64,000 nt of DNA. Origin: an uncultured virus (IMG/VR IMGVR_UViG_3300032233_002459). Taxonomy: Duplodnaviria; Heunggongvirae; Uroviricota; Caudoviricetes. The stretch lies in IMG/VR virus record IMGVR_UViG_3300032233_002459. One strand, written 5' to 3'. The notes below the pieces were generated by a model. It saw nothing but the letters and a program-made list of their open reading frames with translations, ran no database searches and was not told the origin of the DNA. Position 1 is the stretch's first letter. Each line of letters starts with the position of its first letter. The position numbers were made by a program, and so were the translations under genes. Of the stretch, positions 58,135 through 64,000 are shown one piece after another.

Positions 58135-59144
58135 TTGATGCCCATCATGTCCTTAACTTTTATCCATAAATCGTCATAAACTTCTGGATGATCAACTAAA
58201 TACTGTCTTGTTTTCTCAAGACCCTGGAATTTTGGCTTGTCCTCCACAGATGACATAGTATACCATGCACCCCCCTTAGATACAAGACCCAAATCTACAG
58301 CCAGTGTCAATAGTTCCATCTGTTTATCAATACCTTGTCCATATCTAATATAGCTTGTAATTTTACCACCAGGAGCACCTAGAGCAGAACACATTACTTG
58401 CCAATGTACTTCTTGGCCAATCTGTGGACTGTCTGTACTTAAATTCCAAGGACTAAAATAGTTGGCTTTAATTTTAATATCTGTTTGATAAGCAATAGCC
58501 TGACCACTCTTTTCTTTCCACTCACTATGACCCATCCCTGGATTACCCATTTGATGAGTAATACCTATAACCACATTTCTATTAACAGGAATAACATTAG
58601 ACACTTTCCTGCAAAACTTAGCCAATAGCTTGGCTCCGTCTGCTCTTTGCATCTTATCCATATCGCTAGTAATTTCAGCTTCTGTGCATAGAGCAGAGTA
58701 GGAGTCTATGATAACTACTGATCCAGGAATTTCATTAATAATTCTTTCTCCAATTTGGAGATATTCTTCTGCATGTAAGATTTTACCTTCTTGAGATCCA
58801 ATAATATTGAATTTTTCTAGATTTAATCCTGGTATTCCTTCTAGATCTCTTTTTTTCAATCTACCTTCAATATTTAGGTAGTACACTTCTCTGCCATCCT
58901 TAAACGAGCCGTGGGCATATTCTTTCTTTTGTGCAGTAGCGCAGAAGTCTAAGGATGTTGTGGTTTTCCCGCATTTGGGTTGACCGGTAAAAATAACAAA
59001 ACTTCCTTCTGGTATACCACCATTTAGAACAATATCTAATGCTGGACTAACAGGGATTGTTATCAATGACTTGTCAATAACAGCGTTTGCTGTTAACATA
59101 ACATTATCACCAAAATTTTTCTTAACATCTTCTTTAAGTGTCAT
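58125..59144 (-). CDS. RecA/UvsX-like recombinase
   Basis: LDIVLNGGIPEG, GQPKCGKTT, IIDS, SGQA, KGGAWY, KFQG; start likely ATG 59144. Confidence 0.9.
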   Translation of the reverse strand: MTLKEDVKKNFGDNVMLTANAVIDKSLITIPVSPALDIVLNGGIPEGSFVIFTGQPKCGKTTTSLDFCATAQKKEYAHGSFKDGREVYYLNIEGRLKKRDLEGIPGLNLEKFNIIGSQEGKILHAEEYLQIGERIINEIPGSVVIIDSYSALCTEAEITSDMDKMQRADGAKLLAKFCRKVSNVIPVNRNVVIGITHQMGNPGMGHSEWKEKSGQAIAYQTDIKIKANYFSPWNLSTDSPQIGQEVHWQVMCSALGAPGGKITSYIRYGQGIDKQMELLTLAVDLGLVSKGGAWYTMSSVEDKPKFQGLEKTRQYLVDHPEVYDDLWIKVKDMMGIKCK

Positions 59145-59568
59145 TATCAATCTCTCTTAATTTAGAAATAATATTTTGCGATTTATTGTTTTGACGAAAT
59201 TTAATATTTTTAACCTGTCGGCTATCTTCATAATTTTTAGAAATATGAGACTGACTATCAATCAAAGCCTGTTCTTGCTCTATGATAGGTATCAGATGTG
59301 GCGCTCGCAACGAATAAATATTACGAGCCTTTGTATTCTTTAGGGCTTTAGCAATTGCATTAGCGGTATATGTTTTTAATAACTTATGTGCAGACGCAAT
59401 CTGGCTCTTATAAAATTGTGCCCATTCCTTATTGGTCCAAAATTTATAATGAAGATCTTTCTTTTCTCTTATAGCTTTGTTTTCACAAATAATTTCTGTG
59501 ATAAACTGAGCAGCAGAGACCATCTTCCCATTAGAATATTTGGATGGATATGAATTTAATTCAGTCAT
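59134..59568 (-). CDS. Hypothetical protein
   Basis: Likely start ATG 59568 (MTELNSYPSKYS), overlapping the upstream stop. Confidence 0.6.
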   Translation of the reverse strand: MTELNSYPSKYSNGKMVSAAQFITEIICENKAIREKKDLHYKFWTNKEWAQFYKSQIASAHKLLKTYTANAIAKALKNTKARNIYSLRAPHLIPIIEQEQALIDSQSHISKNYEDSRQVKNIKFRQNNKSQNIISKLREIDNDT

Positions 59569-59899
59569 TTGGCTTAAAAATATATCCTTGACTATCACCC
59601 GACTTGCCACGAAACTTCTTTTTGAGTTCATCATTAAGAGCAGATGCTTCTGGGGTCATTATGGCAACGCTTTTGTTTTTCTTTTCTGATGTTTGTGTAA
59701 TCATTAAAGACTTAGACTTACTATTCTTTTTTGTGGAAGCCGATTCTGCTTTAACAGATTGCTTAGGTTCAGAATTAACTCGTATTGCGGCTTCGACCTT
59801 TTCTATACCAATACCCAACTCATCCGCTATATCTCCTTGTTTATGATTTTGAGAATGAAGCCATAGTATCGCATATTCTTGCATTTTATTTTTTTTCAT
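59561..59899 (-). CDS. Hypothetical protein with N-terminal HTH
   Basis: QGDIADELGIGIEKV. Confidence 0.6.
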   Translation of the reverse strand: MKKNKMQEYAILWLHSQNHKQGDIADELGIGIEKVEAAIRVNSEPKQSVKAESASTKKNSKSKSLMITQTSEKKNKSVAIMTPEASALNDELKKKFRGKSGDSQGYIFKPND

Positions 59900-60237
59900 A
59901 TTAGCGCCTCTCTTTGTACATTATATAGTAACGATAGGTTTTGTGAATTAAGAAATTTTATATACATATCAAAAATCTTTTGTGATACTTTAATAAATTT
60001 AAGCTCCTTATTATCGAATAAGCTTTTTGTTTTTTTATAGCCATAAATATCAAATGGATTAACTATCGTATTATTTTGTGATAAAATATAATACTTGATT
60101 CCACTATGACTATAAACTTTTTTAGCATAAGTTTCTTTGGATTCTTGCAATGTTATTGCATTATTATCTTCATCTAATAAATGCTTAGATAAATAATTTG
60201 TATAAAAAATACTATATGGTAATTTTATGTCGGCCAT
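59896..60237 (-). CDS. Hypothetical protein, paralog of 60573-60986
   Basis: YAK, YYI, NP, FIKVSQKIFDMYIKFLNSQN. Confidence 0.65.
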   Translation of the reverse strand: MADIKLPYSIFYTNYLSKHLLDEDNNAITLQESKETYAKKVYSHSGIKYYILSQNNTIVNPFDIYGYKKTKSLFDNKELKFIKVSQKIFDMYIKFLNSQNLSLLYNVQREALI

Positions 60238-60572
60238 TTGGGTTTATTTGGTTTTTTGATCCTAGACATTCCACTTGGAAGTGGCTTATCAGATACAGTT
60301 TCCTTATAGTCGTTATGCTTTTTACTCAATTCTTGTTTTTGATCATCAGTCATTCTGTCTCTATTTCTATTAGCCAAATCCCCGATAGTTTTAAGTTCAT
60401 TATCGCTCTTTTTTATAGATGTGGCTAGAGATGAAATGTCTGTAGTATAGCTTCTTGAGCATTGTCTCTTACACTCAGGACACTTTTGTTTAATATCTTT
60501 ATATGTTCCAATAGTAAAAAATAATTCAAAAATATTTGAGCATTTTTCACAATAATATGAGTAGGTTGGCAA
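60225..60572 (-). CDS. FmdB-family Zn-ribbon protein
   Basis: MPTYSYYCEKC...FE...CPEC; TTG start. Confidence 0.8.
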   Translation of the reverse strand: MPTYSYYCEKCSNIFELFFTIGTYKDIKQKCPECKRQCSRSYTTDISSLATSIKKSDNELKTIGDLANRNRDRMTDDQKQELSKKHNDYKETVSDKPLPSGMSRIKKPNKPKWPT

Positions 60573-60986
60573 TTATTTTAAACTCCTGTTAGCCTTTTGT
60601 AAAAGTCTAAGATTTTGTGTTCTTAGAAAATCAACATAAGTATCAAATATTGATTTATCAACTTCTTTAAAAGACCATTCAGATTTACATACCTTATCTA
60701 TAAAATTAGACTTATTTTTAATTGTAGAATGAATCTTTATTGGATTGTATAATTCATTTTTAGGATTAGCTATAACATAGTAGCTATAATATGTTTTTTT
60801 ATCAGAAATATGCTTTGTTTTTTTGTTGAGAATAGCTTTAGCATATACCTGATCGGATAGTTCTGATTTACATGGATTATTATCTGTATCTAGAAAATCA
60901 TGATTATCTATTAAGGTATAATATTTATCACTAAAGGAATTTTCATTGGAATGAGATATATCAAAATCTTTAATATTAACTTTCAT
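60573..60986 (-). CDS. Hypothetical protein, paralog of 59896-60237
   Basis: YAK, YYV, NP, FKEVDKSIFDTYVDFLRTQN. Confidence 0.65.
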   Translation of the reverse strand: MKVNIKDFDISHSNENSFSDKYYTLIDNHDFLDTDNNPCKSELSDQVYAKAILNKKTKHISDKKTYYSYYVIANPKNELYNPIKIHSTIKNKSNFIDKVCKSEWSFKEVDKSIFDTYVDFLRTQNLRLLQKANRSLK

Positions 60987-61573
60987 TGAGGTAGGTAGTC
61001 CTTGTGCAAAAAGTCTTTCCAGGCCAAGTTATATTCTATATTAGACAATACGTTGAACCATGGCAAGTACTTGTGATTATATTGGGGTATCTGTGGGATA
61101 TTAAGCAAAGTCATACCGGCTTCTTCTGGTGTTTTATTACCCTTTTTGCGATTACACCTACAACATGCAGTAACTATATTTTTCCAACATGTGGAAGATC
61201 CAGAATGGTTCCATTTAGATTTTGGTATAACGTGATCATAGGTTAATTTACTATAATGATATTTAATCCCACAATATTGACAAGTAAAATTATCTCTAAT
61301 AAATATATTTTTTCTAGAAAAATTAATATTTCTTTTATATACATCAAAATAATGACTCGTTTTAGCTACTGCTGGTATAGGATGCATTCTACCACCAGAA
61401 CACTTAATGAAGTCACTATTATAGTGAGCTAAAATTTCAATAGAGTACTCCGTATTAGTCTCATATCTTAATGACCATACTATAGCTCTTTGCCATGATA
61501 TAATACGGAGTGGAGAAAAATCAGCATTAAGCAGAAGACATCTATGATTATTATATTTAGTTGTGTCTCTCAT
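60983..61573 (-). CDS. HNH endonuclease (McrA-like)
   Basis: LLLNADFSPL, RDNFTCQYCG, TYDHVIP, NIVTACCRCNRKK. Confidence 0.9.
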   Translation of the reverse strand: MRDTTKYNNHRCLLLNADFSPLRIISWQRAIVWSLRYETNTEYSIEILAHYNSDFIKCSGGRMHPIPAVAKTSHYFDVYKRNINFSRKNIFIRDNFTCQYCGIKYHYSKLTYDHVIPKSKWNHSGSSTCWKNIVTACCRCNRKKGNKTPEEAGMTLLNIPQIPQYNHKYLPWFNVLSNIEYNLAWKDFLHKDYLPQ

Positions 61574-62282
61574 AAGATTCTAATCTAGAAATAATTGATG
61601 CTATAATCGGATTTCTGACTATATCAACAGATTCTAGAACAGAAAATCCTATATTCTCAATGCCATTAAGATACTCTATCATTTGTAAAAAACCACCACG
61701 AAGATGTTTAGCTAGATCTGATTGTCCTATATCTCCAGTTAAAATCATCTTACTATCTCTACCTAATCTAGTTAATAACATTTTAAGCTGATCATAAGAA
61801 GCATTTTGACATTCATCAGCTACTATAAAACTTTCATGAAAATTTCTGCCTCTCATTAATCCCAATGGAACAACTTCTATCTTATTATGTAATTTTAAAC
61901 TAGCATATAATCCCGAGGATATAAAATGATTAATCTCGTCTAGGATTGGCAAAAGATATGGATGTAACTTTTCTTCTGCCGTTCCCGGTAAATATCCTAT
62001 TTTTTCTCCTGCTTCTAGTACTGGTCTAGTGATAATAATTTTTTTAACTTTTTCCTCTAATAAATATTCTAAAGCCATACCGATAGCTATATGTGTTTTA
62101 CCACTTCCTGCTAAACCCTGACAAAATGTAATAGCATTTTCTGCGGCTGTTCTGATGTATTCTCTTTGATTCTCTGTTCTTGGTCTTAATTTATTTCTAT
62201 ATGTTTGAGGACTTGGATTAATTTCATTTGTAGCATCAATAGTCTTATTTTTTTTTCTAGAATTTTTATTATTTTTTCTCAA
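61557..62282 (-). CDS. phoH: PhoH-family ATPase
   Basis: GLAGSGKT, ITRP, GYLPG, MRGRNF, DECQN, TGDIGQSD; TTG start. Confidence 0.93.
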   Translation of the reverse strand: MRKNNKNSRKKNKTIDATNEINPSPQTYRNKLRPRTENQREYIRTAAENAITFCQGLAGSGKTHIAIGMALEYLLEEKVKKIIITRPVLEAGEKIGYLPGTAEEKLHPYLLPILDEINHFISSGLYASLKLHNKIEVVPLGLMRGRNFHESFIVADECQNASYDQLKMLLTRLGRDSKMILTGDIGQSDLAKHLRGGFLQMIEYLNGIENIGFSVLESVDIVRNPIIASIISRLESYERHN

Positions 62283-62327
62283 TTGTTGCCCTTTATTATA
62301 GAATAATATATATTAAATGCCAATTAT

Positions 62328-62343
62328 GTTATTAATATACACC
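62328..62343 (-). promoter_or_regulatory. Candidate GGTGTA-type promoter upstream of phoH
   Basis: Minus strand GGTGTATATTAATAAC, about 60 nt before the start. Confidence 0.5.
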
Positions 62344-62348
62344 ATACA

Positions 62349-62714
62349 TTATAATACAAATGGTTTTAAATTGGGTGGTTGCCAATTATTTGGCTTTAAA
62401 ACTTTTCCATCTTCTCTTTTATTAACCTTACCAGTATTAGCGTCCACCTTAGCAAAATTAGTTTTCATAACTTCATTCCAAGCTCCCTGTCCATTTGCGC
62501 CCATACTATTAATAGCGCCGACAGTGACTACTATAATATCTATAAGAGCATCTAAAATTTCTACACGATCATTATTATCGAATGCCTCTTGAAGCTCTTT
62601 TGTTTCTTCTTTAATCAATGTGTGATACATATTTAATTGATCTTGATTCCATTCGCATACAGTCTGATCACAAGCAACCATAAAATTAATTTGATCTAAA
62701 AATATATTTCCCAT
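62349..62714 (-). CDS. MazG-like all-alpha NTP pyrophosphohydrolase
   Basis: EETKEL, DALID, EVMKTN, REDGKVLKP. Confidence 0.88.
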   Translation of the reverse strand: MGNIFLDQINFMVACDQTVCEWNQDQLNMYHTLIKEETKELQEAFDNNDRVEILDALIDIIVVTVGAINSMGANGQGAWNEVMKTNFAKVDANTGKVNKREDGKVLKPNNWQPPNLKPFVL

Positions 62715-62754
62715 TTAGTATTCCTTATTATTGTTTATTAAATAAAAATAATTA

Positions 62755-64000
62755 TCAAGACTCACAACTACTACAAGTTAATATGCTCCTAGCTAATTCT
62801 TGTGCTGGATTAGAAGACCTTTGATAATAAAATGTTTTTATACCATTTTCCCAGCCATAAATTAATAACTCGCTTACCTCTTTTGCTGCACAGCTAGGAG
62901 GAATCATAAGATTTAAAGATACTGCTTGATCAATATATTTTTGTCTTTGAATATTTTGTATCACTATTTCTTTTTGGCTTATTTCTCCAAAAGTTTTAAA
63001 AATATCTTTTTCTTCTTGAGTTAAAAAATCTAAATGCTGAACACTACCTCCTCTAACCAGTATGTCTTTCCAAACATCTTCTTTATCTTGGTTTTTATCT
63101 TTTAATAATTTTTTAAGATATGGATTTTTATATGTAAAACTTCCTTTGGCTAATTTTTTAACAAAATAATTACTATTGAGTGGCTCTATACTAGGACTAA
63201 CTTGCCCCAAAATAAAACTACTAGATGTAGTTGGTGCAACAGCTAGGGTTGTTATATTTCTACGATTATATCCTTTTAAAAATTCTGGTTCTCCAAGTTT
63301 GGCGGCTAGTTCTATGGATGCCTTATCTGCTTTGGATCTAATTGTTTTCCAAATCTCAATATTTAAATGTTTTGCGGCCATTGATTCGAACGATATCAGT
63401 TTAGATTGTAATAAAGAATGCCAGCCTAATACGCCCATACCCAAAGCTCTTTGGTTTTTTGCAAAATTATGTGCCGCTTCCATAAACCTAGTATTTGATG
63501 TTTTACGAATGAATTCCTCATTAACAGCATCTAGGAAAAACACTAGGGTTTCTACAGCATCAGTATCTTTAATTTCATCCCAATGCAATAAATTCAAAGA
63601 GGATAAAACACACACAAAAGAATTTTGTTCATCAGAATAGAGGGTGATTTCTGAACATAAATTAGAATTTTTTATTTTTAGTCTTTTATCTTTATATGGT
63701 TGTGGAGCACTGTTATTAATATTGTCAGTAAATACAAGATAAGGATATCCTGTTTGAAATCTTTTTTGAATAATTTTTGCCCAAACTTTTCTTTTATCTT
63801 TATCTCCATCAACCATATCCTTCATCCATTCATCTGATATGGTTACTCCTATGCTCATATTCTGAATGTTGTGTCCTTCGGATCTAATTTGTAAAAACTC
63901 TTCAATATCCGGATGTTCTACTGGTAGATATGCTGCGAAAGAACCTCTTCTTGCTGATCCTTGAGAAACAACTTCGGCTACTTTATCAAATAATTCCATA
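62755..64000 (-). CDS. nrdA: Class I ribonucleotide reductase alpha subunit (5' end outside the window)
   Basis: QGSARRG, SNLCSEI, APTTSS, IDQAVSLN, KTFYY, C-terminal CSSCES. Confidence 0.92.
   Translation of the reverse strand, partial: MELFDKVAEVVSQGSARRGSFAAYLPVEHPDIEEFLQIRSEGHNIQNMSIGVTISDEWMKDMVDGDKDKRKVWAKIIQKRFQTGYPYLVFTDNINNSAPQPYKDKRLKIKNSNLCSEITLYSDEQNSFVCVLSSLNLLHWDEIKDTDAVETLVFFLDAVNEEFIRKTSNTRFMEAAHNFAKNQRALGMGVLGWHSLLQSKLISFESMAAKHLNIEIWKTIRSKADKASIELAAKLGEPEFLKGYNRRNITTLAVAPTTSSSFILGQVSPSIEPLNSNYFVKKLAKGSFTYKNPYLKKLLKDKNQDKEDVWKDILVRGGSVQHLDFLTQEEKDIFKTFGEISQKEIVIQNIQRQKYIDQAVSLNLMIPPSCAAKEVSELLIYGWENGIKTFYYQRSSNPAQELARSILTCSSCES

Noticed and set aside
1..64000. Stop-codon reassignment
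   Set aside because: Genes tile densely in the standard code and TAA, TAG and TGA all end well-supported genes
1..64000. CRISPR array, tRNA, rRNA, integrase or transposase
   Set aside because: No spaced direct repeats, cloverleaf or recombinase motif seen; intergenic gaps are mostly under about 135 nt
1..64000. Host assignment
   Set aside because: No spacer, att site or host gene in the window; SprB-like repeats and patchy Shine-Dalgarno use are not sufficient

Overview
AT-rich segment of a large tailed dsDNA phage genome, siphovirus-like because no tail sheath gene is visible; the host cannot be determined from the sequence. Two convergent arms meet at 41224-41227. The + arm (about 700-41227) carries a phage sigma-like factor, packaging nucleases, terminase, portal, protease/scaffold, capsid, neck, two paralogous tail-tube genes, two paralogous chaperone-like genes, a 5155-aa tape-measure protein (TMP) and tail-tip genes. 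The - arm (64000 down to 41224) carries ribonucleotide reductase alpha (cut by the window edge), MazG-like pyrophosphatase, PhoH, HNH, RecA-like recombinase, DnaB helicase, primase, dNMP kinase, a PD-(D/E)xK exonuclease, DnaE split into two intein-free genes around a DnaQ-like exonuclease, SSB, a glycosyltransferase cluster and an annealing protein. The standout is the TMP. It reads like a polyprotein: about 25 short [F/Y]-A-x-G-G-type motifs and seven copies of a DTVPAMLTPGEFV-like module bracket separate enzyme-like cassettes (two restriction-endonuclease-fold domains, a HAD phosphatase, a GNAT-like domain, an HExxH metallopeptidase). This suggests a processed, injected effector array. A GGTGTA motif recurs upstream of late genes and is a candidate target of the phage sigma. 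All product calls come from motifs and gene order read by eye; no database search was run.
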